A stretch of DNA of 64,000 bases from an uncultured Gemmatimonadaceae bacterium (lineage in GTDB: Bacteria > Gemmatimonadota > Gemmatimonadetes > Gemmatimonadales > Gemmatimonadaceae): contig CAWFQK010000002.1 of assembly GCA_963817955.1 (NCBI GenBank), positions 704,001-768,000 on the forward strand. Direction: 5' to 3'. This document shows positions 32,515-41,139 of this stretch, one piece after another. Position 1 is the first letter of the stretch. Every line of letters starts with the position of its first letter. The notes under the pieces were generated by a model. That model worked only from the letters and a program-made list of their open reading frames with translations, made no database searches and was not told the origin of the DNA. Both the position numbers and the translations under genes were made by a program.

Positions 32515-33305
32515 TGCATCGGTTTGCCAGACCTGTGATGATCGCAGGCGCCGTCATTGGCGCGGCGTGCGTGGACATGTCCGCGCCGAAGGGACCGGCA
32601 TCCATCTCGCTGCTGCAGCTTCCGTCGCCGTCGGTCGTAGTGGGCGACGTCATGCGCGACAGCACCGGTGCACCAGCTCCCCTGTCGGTCATCGCGTACG
32701 ACGCGAAGAGCACCCCGCTCACGAACGTGACGCCCGTGTTCTTCATTACGGATTCGGTCAACGCCGCGCACCTCACCGCCACGAATCAGTTGCAGGGCGA
32801 CAAGATCGGCGTGGTGCACGTACTCGGGCAGATCGGATCGCTGCAGACGCCAGTCGCCACGGTTCTCGTGACATTCGCACCCGCGGTGCTCCAGCTCGCG
32901 GCCCCCGTGGACACGCTGCAGCCGCCAATCGGCGCCGACTCGGCGAGTTCGGTCGGCAGCGCCTCGATTGCCGTGACGCTGCTCTCGGCCAATGACTCGG
33001 CGTCGCAGGGTTTCATTGTGCGCTATGCGTTGACGAGTGCGCCAGCGACGATTTCGAGTTCGAAATCGCCCGCCGTGTACCTCGCCGATAAACTGGGGAA
33101 TATCTCAGGGATCGACACGACTGGCGCCACCGGTTCGTCGCGGCAGCTGATCGTGAACACGAAGTTTCTTGCGGATCAGGCGCTGCAGGCCGGCACGAAG
33201 GTAGACAGCGCAGTCGTCGTGGTAACCACGTCGTACAAGGGCGCGCTGGTGCCGGGCGCGCCGCTCCGGATTGTCGTTCCGATCAGACCCAAGCTGCCGT
33301 TCTGA
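32511..33305 (+). CDS. putative lipoprotein, beta-rich
   Basis: Lipobox-like GAAC after a hydrophobic N-terminus. Confidence 0.7.
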   Translation: MMHRFARPVMIAGAVIGAACVDMSAPKGPASISLLQLPSPSVVVGDVMRDSTGAPAPLSVIAYDAKSTPLTNVTPVFFITDSVNAAHLTATNQLQGDKIGVVHVLGQIGSLQTPVATVLVTFAPAVLQLAAPVDTLQPPIGADSASSVGSASIAVTLLSANDSASQGFIVRYALTSAPATISSSKSPAVYLADKLGNISGIDTTGATGSSRQLIVNTKFLADQALQAGTKVDSAVVVVTTSYKGALVPGAPLRIVVPIRPKLPF

Positions 33306-33392
33306 GTAGCCGTGCGCGGCGGCGCCGAGCGTTCGTCGCCCGTCACGTCACGGTGTACTGGGGCCTTACAGCTCCTGAACGAGAGGACGTCG

Positions 33393-35237
33393 ATGATCAC
33401 GACCGGTGGACCACGCAATTCCGCCCCGGGCACGTTGAATCAGCTCTTTTTCGACGCGGTGGCGACCTATCGTAAGCCCGATGCGCTGCAGGTGAAGCGC
33501 AATGGGCGGTACGAACCGATCTCGCACGACACCTATGCGGAACGCGTACGGCGTACTGCGCTCGGGCTATCAGAAGTAGGCGTGCGTCCCGGGGACCGCG
33601 TCGCGATCTTGTCGGAGAACCGGCCCGAATGGGCGATCGCCGACTACGCGTGCCTCATGCTGGGCGTGACGGACGTGCCCATCTATCCCAACCTGCCGGC
33701 CGATCAGGTCGCGTACATTCTGCGCGACTCGGGCGCCGTGGCCGCCTTCGTCTCGAATCCCGAGCAGGCCGCGAAGATCGCCAGTACACGCGGGGAGTGC
33801 CCGGCGCTCCGACAAGTGATCACGTTCGCGAACACCAACGCCGGCGTGGATCTCACCCTCGCGTCGGTCGAGCAGTCGGGCGCTGCAGTGGACACTGACG
33901 CGCGACAGGCCGAGTATCGTGCGCACGCGCTGTCCGTGCGGCCAGATGATCTCGCGACCATCATCTACACGTCGGGCACCACGGGCGAGCCAAAGGGTGT
34001 GATGCTGTCCCACGACAACATCTACTCGAATGTGTTCGCGGCCAAAGTCGCCATTCCGTTCAGCGGCCACGACACGTGCCTGAGCTTCCTGCCACTGTCC
34101 CATATTCTCGAACGCATGGCGGGACACTATCTCATGCTTGCCATGGGCTGCAGCATTGCGTACGCCGAATCGGTGGACACGGTGCCGACGAACATGGTGG
34201 AGGTACGCCCGACCCTGCTCATCTCCGTGCCGCGGCTGTACGAGAAGATGTACGCACGCGTCCTGGAGAACGCGCTGTCCGGGGGCGGGGTGAAGAAGCA
34301 GATCTTCTTCTGGGCCCGCGGTGTGGCCGACCGGTGGGCCGACGTGAAGCTCGCCGGCGGCACGCCGCAGGGGCTGCTGGCGCTGCAGTACTCGATCGCA
34401 CAGAAGTTGGTGTTTTCCAAACTCGCGGCGCGTACTGGCGGGCGGCTCCGGTACTTCGTGTCGGGCGGCGCCCCGCTGGCACCGGAAATCAACAAATTCT
34501 TCTACGCCGCCGGGCTGGTGATTCTCGAGGGTTATGGCCTCACCGAGACTTCCCCGGTCATCGCCGTGAACACACCGGAGAACTTCCGCATCGGCACCGT
34601 CGGTAAGCCGGTCGCCGGCGTGGAGGTGACGATCGCGGCCGACGGCGAGATCCTCACCCGCGGGCCACACGTGATGAAGGGCTACTTCGGCAAGCCGGCG
34701 GCAACCGCTGAGTCGATCGATGCGGCCGGCTGGTTTCACACCGGCGACATCGGCGATCTGCGCGATGGGTTCCTGGCCATCACCGATCGCAAGAAGGACA
34801 TCATCGTTACCGCGGGCGGAAAGAACATTGCGCCGCAGCCAATCGAAAACAAAATCAAGACGAACAAGTACGTGAGCCAGGCAGTGATGATCGGCGACAA
34901 GCGCAAATTCCCGATCGTGCTCGTCGTGCCAAATTGGGATTCGCTCGAGAAGTGGGCCAAGCTTCACAACATCCTGTGGACCGACCGCGCGCAGCTCCTG
35001 CACATGCCTACGATACGCGCCAAGATGGAGAAGGAGGTGCAGCGCGAAGTCGAGGGTCTGGCGCGCTTCGAGATGCCAAAGAAGATCGGCCTGCTCGAGA
35101 ACGACTTCTCCGTGGAGCGCGGCGAGCTGACACCAACGCTCAAGGTCAAACGGCGCGTGGTCGATCGCACGTACAAGCCGATGATCGACGAGCTATACAG
35201 CGCGGGCGAGCCGGAAGTCGAACCGGTGCACTCGTAG
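33393..35237 (+). CDS. fadD: long-chain fatty acid--CoA ligase
   Basis: YTSGTTGEPKG, EGYGLTE, WFHTGDIG, DRKKD, ELTPTLKVKR. Confidence 0.92.
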   Translation: MITTGGPRNSAPGTLNQLFFDAVATYRKPDALQVKRNGRYEPISHDTYAERVRRTALGLSEVGVRPGDRVAILSENRPEWAIADYACLMLGVTDVPIYPNLPADQVAYILRDSGAVAAFVSNPEQAAKIASTRGECPALRQVITFANTNAGVDLTLASVEQSGAAVDTDARQAEYRAHALSVRPDDLATIIYTSGTTGEPKGVMLSHDNIYSNVFAAKVAIPFSGHDTCLSFLPLSHILERMAGHYLMLAMGCSIAYAESVDTVPTNMVEVRPTLLISVPRLYEKMYARVLENALSGGGVKKQIFFWARGVADRWADVKLAGGTPQGLLALQYSIAQKLVFSKLAARTGGRLRYFVSGGAPLAPEINKFFYAAGLVILEGYGLTETSPVIAVNTPENFRIGTVGKPVAGVEVTIAADGEILTRGPHVMKGYFGKPAATAESIDAAGWFHTGDIGDLRDGFLAITDRKKDIIVTAGGKNIAPQPIENKIKTNKYVSQAVMIGDKRKFPIVLVVPNWDSLEKWAKLHNILWTDRAQLLHMPTIRAKMEKEVQREVEGLARFEMPKKIGLLENDFSVERGELTPTLKVKRRVVDRTYKPMIDELYSAGEPEVEPVHS

Positions 35238-35260
35238 CGAACCGGCACAGCGCGCCGGCC

Positions 35261-35650
35261 TGTCATCCTGAGCGAAGCTTGTCATCCTGAGCGAAGCGAA
35301 GGATCTCGGTGACCGACAGAACAGCTTTTGAACGCAGAGGTCGCAGAGAACTGCAAGAGAGAACTGCAGAGGACTGCAAAAGAGAACTGCAAAAGAAGAC
35401 TGGAAAAGGGAACTGCAAGAGAGAACTGCAAGCGTACGGAAGAGGGAAGCGCGTATCGGTGGAATGAACTGTGATTGCCGAGTCCACAATCATTCCGCCT
35501 ATATCGTTGATGATCCCGACCTGGGCGATACCATCGGAGCGTCACGGCATCATCCACGACTTCCTGGCGAGACAATCCTTCACGGTCCTCTGCAGTTCTC
35601 TCTTTGCAGTTCTCTGCGACCTCTGCGTTCAAAGGCTGTTCTGTCGGTCA
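35261..35650. mobile_element. palindromic GxxExxY-derived element, copy A (internally deleted)
   Basis: REP-like tgtcatcctgagcgaagc x2, arm aacgcagaggtcgcagagaactgc, gagaactgc repeats, leader plus ~20 GxxExxY codons on minus, inverted arm ending at 35650. Confidence 0.8.
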
Positions 35651-36286
35651 GTTCGACAGTCCCTTGGGCCGGCGCGCGAGCGGTACGGGTCGGCTGATCA
35701 CCCCGGCGGGGGCCTCGGCTACCCAGACATCGTTGTCGCGGGCGATCTCCATGAGATCGGCGGGCACGGGCATAGCCGTAGGTCCAAGCATACGGCCGCC
35801 CGGCTTGAGACTCGCACGCAACGACGCGATCATGGCGCTATCCGCCGCTGCGTCAACGGCAACGCCGTCCGCAGTGCCCGGCGCCACCGGCAAGCTATGT
35901 GATAAGACGATGGACACACCGTCGCCACTCACGACGCCGTCAGGCGGGTTGATCAGCAGCAGCTGGGCCGGCGACAGCCCACGCATGATCGGCGCTTGCA
36001 CGCCCCACGCTCCATGCAGCACGGCAGTCATGCGCGCCTCCGTGAGACCGAGCGCTGCGGCCAGGCGCATCGCGTCTGCCTCGGACGGATCGCTCCACGG
36101 AGCCCGGGGCACCGCCGGTGCGAATTCGACGATGCCGTGGTGAATCGGGTATTCGGCGAGACACGTGGGGCACCCGAGCGTACCCTCCTGAATGTCGCGA
36201 TCCTCGATGCGGTCCATCGACGCGACGAGCCATGTTTCCTCATGCACATTGAGACAACGAAGGAGGTCGACGAGCGGAATGAACAC
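35648..36286 (-). CDS. Trm112-like N-domain fused to a degenerate methyltransferase-like domain
   Basis: LVDLLRC...EGTLGCPTCLAEYPIHHGI; C-terminal LKPGGRML. Confidence 0.65.
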   Translation of the reverse strand: MFIPLVDLLRCLNVHEETWLVASMDRIEDRDIQEGTLGCPTCLAEYPIHHGIVEFAPAVPRAPWSDPSEADAMRLAAALGLTEARMTAVLHGAWGVQAPIMRGLSPAQLLLINPPDGVVSGDGVSIVLSHSLPVAPGTADGVAVDAAADSAMIASLRASLKPGGRMLGPTAMPVPADLMEIARDNDVWVAEAPAGVISRPVPLARRPKGLSN

Positions 36287-36294
36287 GGTTCGGC

Positions 36295-37017
36295 TCAGCT
36301 GTGGGAAAGGCGAAGCTCGTCGACGTTCACGTCGTCCGGCTGCATGACCACGTAGCGGACGGCCGCGCCGACCGCCTCGGGCGAGAGCATCTGGCGCCGG
36401 GGCGTGAAGCCCGGTCGGACATCCGGATCGAACGCGTCCCAGAGCGCCGTGTCCACCGGCCCGGGCGAGACCAGCGTGGCACGCACGCCGCTGCCTCGCA
36501 GCTCGGCGCGCAGCACCTCGTGCAATGCCCGCACGCCGAACTTGCTCGCGGCATACGCGCCGTTCTCCGGAAACGTGGTGCGGTCGGCGACCGAACCGAT
36601 CGTGATCACGTGCCCGCTCTTGCGTGCTCGCATCTCGCTCAGAAACTCGTGAACGAGCAGAAAGGGCGCCACGAGATTCACATCGAGCGCGCCTCGCAAC
36701 GCGTCGGCAGATGTCTGTTCTACCGTGGCGAGCACAAAGCGCCCGGCATTGTTGACCAGTACATCCGGCGCGCCGCTGCACATGACGCGAATATCAGCGG
36801 CGGCGCGGTGCACCTCGCGTTCATCGGCGACGTCGCACGGGAGCGGCACGGCGCTCGCGCCGAGCGCGTTGGCGTGCGCGCGCAACGCGTCGCGGGAGCG
36901 TGCCAGCATGATCACGCGCAGTCCGGCGTCGACGAGCGCGCGCGCGATCTCGAGGCCGATGCCGCGCGATGCGCCGGTCACCACGGCCGTGCGGCTCGTG
37001 GGAAGGGGTGTCGTCAT
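36295..37017 (-). CDS. SDR oxidoreductase
   Basis: TGASRGIG, NNAG, YAASK, VSPGPVDT. Confidence 0.92.
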   Translation of the reverse strand: MTTPLPTSRTAVVTGASRGIGLEIARALVDAGLRVIMLARSRDALRAHANALGASAVPLPCDVADEREVHRAAADIRVMCSGAPDVLVNNAGRFVLATVEQTSADALRGALDVNLVAPFLLVHEFLSEMRARKSGHVITIGSVADRTTFPENGAYAASKFGVRALHEVLRAELRGSGVRATLVSPGPVDTALWDAFDPDVRPGFTPRRQMLSPEAVGAAVRYVVMQPDDVNVDELRLSHS

Positions 37018-37427
37018 CGACCGTCGTATTCCGCGTAGTTGTTCGGCGTCTCCCACAACACGAGACGGGTGAGCCGCGCGGGTCCGATGGCGGGCTCGAG
37101 CACGCGCCACATCGCGACGACGATGTTTTCCGTCGTTGGAATGACGTTGCGCATGAAATCGACTTCAAGGTTGAAGTTCTTGTGGTCCACCTTGTCGACC
37201 ACTTCGCGCTCGATGATCGCTTTCAACGCGCGCAGATCGATGACGTAGCCGGTCTTCTCGTCGACCGGTCCCGTGATCGACACGTCGAGCATGTAGTTGT
37301 GCCCGTGCCAGTTCGGGTTGTTGCACTTTCCGAATAGCGCCGCGTTCTCCGCATCGGACAGCGCGGGGTTGTGGACGCGGTGCGCCGCGTTGAAGAGCAT
37401 GCGCTTGGTGATCGTGACGTTCGGCAT
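37014..37427 (-). CDS. 6-pyruvoyl-tetrahydropterin synthase family (CX5HGH, PTPS-II type)
   Basis: FNAAHR, GKCNNPNWHGHNY, DHKNFN, PTTEN, LWETPNN. Confidence 0.9.
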   Translation of the reverse strand: MPNVTITKRMLFNAAHRVHNPALSDAENAALFGKCNNPNWHGHNYMLDVSITGPVDEKTGYVIDLRALKAIIEREVVDKVDHKNFNLEVDFMRNVIPTTENIVVAMWRVLEPAIGPARLTRLVLWETPNNYAEYDGR

Positions 37428-37465
37428 GCGCGGTCGACGGTTCAGGGATTACCGGAACGAAAGAA

Positions 37466-37495
37466 CGAGCCCCGTGGGGTTAACCACGGGGCTCG
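37466..37495 (-). terminator. Rho-independent terminator-like hairpin
   Basis: Minus strand cgagccccgtgg-ttaacc-ccacggggctcg followed by ttcttt. Confidence 0.7.
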
Positions 37496-37500
37496 AAAAT

Positions 37501-37676
37501 TCGGTCCGGAGAGGGTTTTGTGAAGCCCAGTCGAATAATGAGGCCCTCACCATCAACCTTCCGCCTTCCCCCGCACTGGGGGCATGACGTCGGTGATAGA
37601 TTATCGAACCCACCCGGTGGACTTGTTGGCTCAAAAACGGTTTTCTCCGTCCCGAGTAGCTTGCTTCTGTCGTCCT
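37501..37676 (-). ncRNA. long imperfect hairpin RNA, 6S RNA-like (alternatively a structured leader)
   Basis: Hand pairing on minus: cggaga/tctccg, gtttttgagcc/ggcttcacaaaac, ctatca/tgatgg, cccc/gggg apex; flanked by a promoter and a terminator. Confidence 0.55.
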
Positions 37677-37683
37677 GAAACGC

Positions 37684-37712
37684 AACTTATAGCCCAACAA
37701 AGGACAGGTCAA
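37684..37712 (-). promoter_or_regulatory. sigma70-type promoter
   Basis: Minus strand TTGACC-N17-TAAGTT. Confidence 0.55.
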
Positions 37713-37715
37713 TAA

Positions 37716-37883
37716 ATGGATATCGGCTTGCTCGTAGGCATTGCGCTGGTGGTGATTTGGGGAATTGGCGCCTTGCTATTTAATGGTCCCGGGTGGATAC
37801 ATCTGCTGCTCACCGCAGGCGTGTTCATCATCATCTGGCGAATCGTCGTGCGCGGCGACCGCCGACATCCGGCGTCCAAGTAG
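37716..37883 (+). CDS. 55-aa membrane protein (lmo0937/DUF5670-like), absent from the ORF track
   Basis: MDIGLLVGIALVVIWGIGALLFNGPGWIHLLLTAGVFIIIWRIVVRGDRRHPASK. Confidence 0.7.
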   Translation: MDIGLLVGIALVVIWGIGALLFNGPGWIHLLLTAGVFIIIWRIVVRGDRRHPASK

Positions 37884-37902
37884 CCTCTGCGCCGTGCGCC
37901 GC

Positions 37903-39135
37903 TCAGCGCACGACGAGAATGAGTGTCATGATACCCCAGAGTAGAGTCAGGAGTGTCACCGGCACTCCCGCCTTGAGATAGTCGCCGAAGCTCATCCGTT
38001 CACCGCGCGCCTCCGCTCGCTCGGCGACGATCAAGTTCGCCATCGACCCGAGCAGCGTGAGATTGCCGGCGAATGTCGAACTCATCGCCATCACGAGCCA
38101 GACGAATGTCGGCGCCGCGACTTTCGGCACCACCGGAAGCCAGAGAATCACCGCCGGCACATTCGACACGATATTGGAGAGCGCTACCATCGCGGTCGAC
38201 GTCACGATCGCGTCGTGCACCGCCGCACCATGCAATTGCGCACCGGCGGCCGAGGTGAGCGACGCGACGACCGGCAGATCCCGCGCGCCGCGCATCACCA
38301 CGAACAACGCGCCAAAGAAGAGGAGCAACGACCACTCCACCTTCGCGAACGCTTCCGCCGGATCGCGTTGGGCAATTGCCACGAGGATTGCCGCCGCCGT
38401 GATCGCCACCAGCGGGAGCGATAAGCCGGCGAGCCAGCAGACGAGCGCGCCCGTGAACACGGCCAGCGACCGCATGACGAGTGTCCGATCGAATGGCGCA
38501 TCCGGCACGATCGCATGCTTGGGTAATGACACGCGCAGCGCGTCGCGATGCAGCCACGCCAGTACGCCAAACACGATCGCCAATCCGCCGAGCGACGGCA
38601 GCGCCAGCGACACGACGAAACGCGCGAACTGAATTCCGCTCGCCACGCCGATCAGCATGTTCTGCGGATTGCCCATTGGCGTCATGGCGCTGCCCACATT
38701 TGAACCCAGCGCAATCGCCAACAAGAATGGAAGCGGTCGAACGCCAAGCGGCCGCAGCACCGCCAGGATCAACGGCGTGAAGATCAGGCAAATCGTATCG
38801 TTCACGAAGAACGCCGACAACAGTCCGCTCGCGAATACGACGGCGGCGAGCAACGTGCGCGCCGATCCCGCACGCACGACGATATGCCGGGCCGCCCACT
38901 CGAAAAAGCCGCCGGCTTCGAGGAAGCCGGTCATCAGGAGCACACCGAGCAGGAACACCATGACGTCGAGGTCGATCGCCGCGTATGCATCGTGCAGCGG
39001 CAACCCGCCAAGCGTCACCATCGCCACCGCACCGAGCAATGCGGCGGCCGGTCGGTTCAGACGGAGAAACGGCACCTGCTGGATGGCGATCAGCAGGTAC
39101 GTGACGACGAGAATGACGAGTCGTGTGGTCGCCAA
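37903..39135 (-). CDS. ArsB/NhaD/SLC13-type anion permease
   Basis: LSAFFVNDT, SNVGSAMTPMGNPQN, SNIVSNVPA, AGNLTLLGSMANLIV. Confidence 0.9.
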   Translation of the reverse strand: MATTRLVILVVTYLLIAIQQVPFLRLNRPAAALLGAVAMVTLGGLPLHDAYAAIDLDVMVFLLGVLLMTGFLEAGGFFEWAARHIVVRAGSARTLLAAVVFASGLLSAFFVNDTICLIFTPLILAVLRPLGVRPLPFLLAIALGSNVGSAMTPMGNPQNMLIGVASGIQFARFVVSLALPSLGGLAIVFGVLAWLHRDALRVSLPKHAIVPDAPFDRTLVMRSLAVFTGALVCWLAGLSLPLVAITAAAILVAIAQRDPAEAFAKVEWSLLLFFGALFVVMRGARDLPVVASLTSAAGAQLHGAAVHDAIVTSTAMVALSNIVSNVPAVILWLPVVPKVAAPTFVWLVMAMSSTFAGNLTLLGSMANLIVAERAEARGERMSFGDYLKAGVPVTLLTLLWGIMTLILVVR

Positions 39136-39198
39136 CTGGTGCTAATGGCCTTCGCGAAGGTTCGGTGACACGGGGGACACGGGTTACATGGGGGATGG

Positions 39199-39773
39199 GA
39201 CACGAGACACGCGAAGCGCTGTCATCCTGAGCGAAGCGAAGGATCTCTGGGAACGATAGACCAGCTTCTGAACGCAGAGGTCGCAGAGAACTGCAGGAGA
39301 ACTGCAAGAGAGAACTGCAAGAGAGAACTGCAAGAGCGAACTGCAAGAGCGAACTGCAAGAGCGAACTGCAAGAGAACTGGAAAAGGGAACGGCAAAGAC
39401 AACTGTAAGCGTACGGAGGACGGAAGCGCGTATCAGTGGAATGAACCGTGAATGCCAAGTCCACAATCATTCCGCCTGCAGCGTCAATGATCCCGACCTG
39501 GGCGATACCATCGGAGCGTCACGACGACATCAGCCCAGTCTTCCAGGCGAGACAATCCTTCGCAGTCCTCTGCAGTTCTCTTGCAGTTCTCTTCTCTGCG
39601 ACCTCTGCGTTCAAAAGCTGGTCTATCGTTCCCAGAGATCCTTCGCTTCGCTCAGGATGACAAGCTTCGCTCAGGATGACAAGCTTCGCTCTGGATGACA
39701 AGCTTCGCTCTGGATGACAGCGCTTCGCTCCGGATGACAGCGCTTCTCGTGTCTCGTGTCTCGTGTCTCGTGT
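39199..39773. mobile_element. palindromic GxxExxY-derived element, copy B (internally deleted)
   Basis: Nested inverted arms; about five 19-bp gcttcgctcaggatgacaa-like units and (ctcgtgt)n on the right; GxxExxY stub on minus at ~39438-39492. Confidence 0.8.
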
Positions 39774-40166
39774 TCAGGGCGGATCGCGAACGAACGCGCT
39801 GCTCTGATTCATTACCTGGGCGATTCTGAACTCGACGACCTGCCCGGGGTCAACGGTCAACCCGGACGTGACGGCGTTGCCGCGTCCACCGATGGGTGTC
39901 GCGACGATCACGACCTGCTGACCGTATACCAGCGACCAGGGCACCGAAAAACTGCCGGTCGAGTTTCCGTTGACCGAACCAAGCCGCCGCGACATGCTGC
40001 TCGCCACGAATGACAGATTCATGGCCAGAAAATTTTCGTTCTTTACATGCACGGTGATCGGTTCCGGGAGCGGCTCCTCATCCACACCCGGCTGATGCCG
40101 CGAACAGGCCGCAAGCGCCACGATCATGGCGATCGCCAACCGCCGAGGCGTGCGCCGCCGCATCAT
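39774..40166 (-). CDS. putative lipoprotein
   Basis: Lipobox LAAC; beta-rich mature part. Confidence 0.7.
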   Translation of the reverse strand: MMRRRTPRRLAIAMIVALAACSRHQPGVDEEPLPEPITVHVKNENFLAMNLSFVASSMSRRLGSVNGNSTGSFSVPWSLVYGQQVVIVATPIGGRGNAVTSGLTVDPGQVVEFRIAQVMNQSSAFVRDPP

Positions 40167-40167
40167 G

Positions 40168-41139
40168 TCAGATCTCCCAATTGGACAACACGAGCCCATG
40201 GTCCGGCCGCTGCTCTTCGAAGCCGCCGTACGACATGCGCAAATCCGTCCATCGGACATGCCCGCCGAGCGCCACCATGCGCTGGTACACGAATGGGAAT
40301 TCACCTTGCACGCGGACCGCGACTCGCCGCGTCCCGCTGCGCCGCGCGAAGTCGGCCACGGCGCGCAGCAGCGCGTCGAACCGCGACTCAGCGTCGACGA
40401 CCAGCTTCAGGACGCGCAGTTCCTCCCGAATGCGTCCCTCGACCAGCGGCGTCGTATGCGCCAGGGCAAACCCAGCGATGCGATCTCCGTCATAGAGCAA
40501 CACGGTGTCGCCCAGTGAAAGCTCGCTGGTCAGGTTGAGCTCCCGCGTATAGTCGTATCCCGAAAGCAACTGCTGCGCGAGAGCGTGACACTGGGCGATC
40601 GCGTCAGCCCTGGCTTGGGGCGATAAGCGGGAGAGCACCTTCGCGGGCATGTCGTCATACGCCGACTCCACGGTCACGGTGATCGTCAACCGCCCAGGAA
40701 GAAAGCCGAGGCGCGAATAGAAACCGATGTTGTCCATCGTGCGCGGCATCGTTTCCAGACCGATGACCGCTGCGCCATGCGCACGTAGCCACTCGACGCC
40801 GTGCTTCACGATCTCCTTCCCCGTTCCGCTGCCCTGGTACTCCGTGCGCACCGCCAGTGGTCCCATCCAGCCTTCGGTGCCCGAACGGTGCACCATGTTG
40901 AATGCGACAATGTGACCACGCTCATCGCGCCAGAGCATGGCCCCTTCGTCAGCGTCCTCGATGGCGTACCGCCAGATGGCCGGATTCAGGAAGGGAACGC
41001 GGACGCCCACCATGCCGTCGCGGCGATACCGCTCGGTGAATGAATCGCTGAAGACCTGATTCAGCTCGCCGATATTGTCGATCTGCGCGCGGAACGGTCC
41101 ATCCACCGTCTGTTGCCGCCAGGAACGTGAAGTCGCCAT
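40168..41139 (-). CDS. GNAT-family acetyltransferase
   Basis: GPLAVRTEYQGSGTGK, NIGFYSRLGF. Confidence 0.85.
   Translation of the reverse strand: MATSRSWRQQTVDGPFRAQIDNIGELNQVFSDSFTERYRRDGMVGVRVPFLNPAIWRYAIEDADEGAMLWRDERGHIVAFNMVHRSGTEGWMGPLAVRTEYQGSGTGKEIVKHGVEWLRAHGAAVIGLETMPRTMDNIGFYSRLGFLPGRLTITVTVESAYDDMPAKVLSRLSPQARADAIAQCHALAQQLLSGYDYTRELNLTSELSLGDTVLLYDGDRIAGFALAHTTPLVEGRIREELRVLKLVVDAESRFDALLRAVADFARRSGTRRVAVRVQGEFPFVYQRMVALGGHVRWTDLRMSYGGFEEQRPDHGLVLSNWEI

Noticed and set aside
35193..35902. Short Ser/Leu/Gln/Cys-rich ORFs over the elements (also 39184-39701, 52635-53080, 59646-60553)
   Set aside because: Translations of repeat DNA; only the GxxExxY frame is meaningful
37014..37427. 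queD assignment
   Set aside because: The motif is CX5HGH rather than CX3HGH, and no que genes are adjacent
39240..39740. CRISPR or classical IS at the four repeat loci
   Set aside because: No repeat-spacer alternation, no DDE/HUH/recombinase ORF and no obvious target-site duplication
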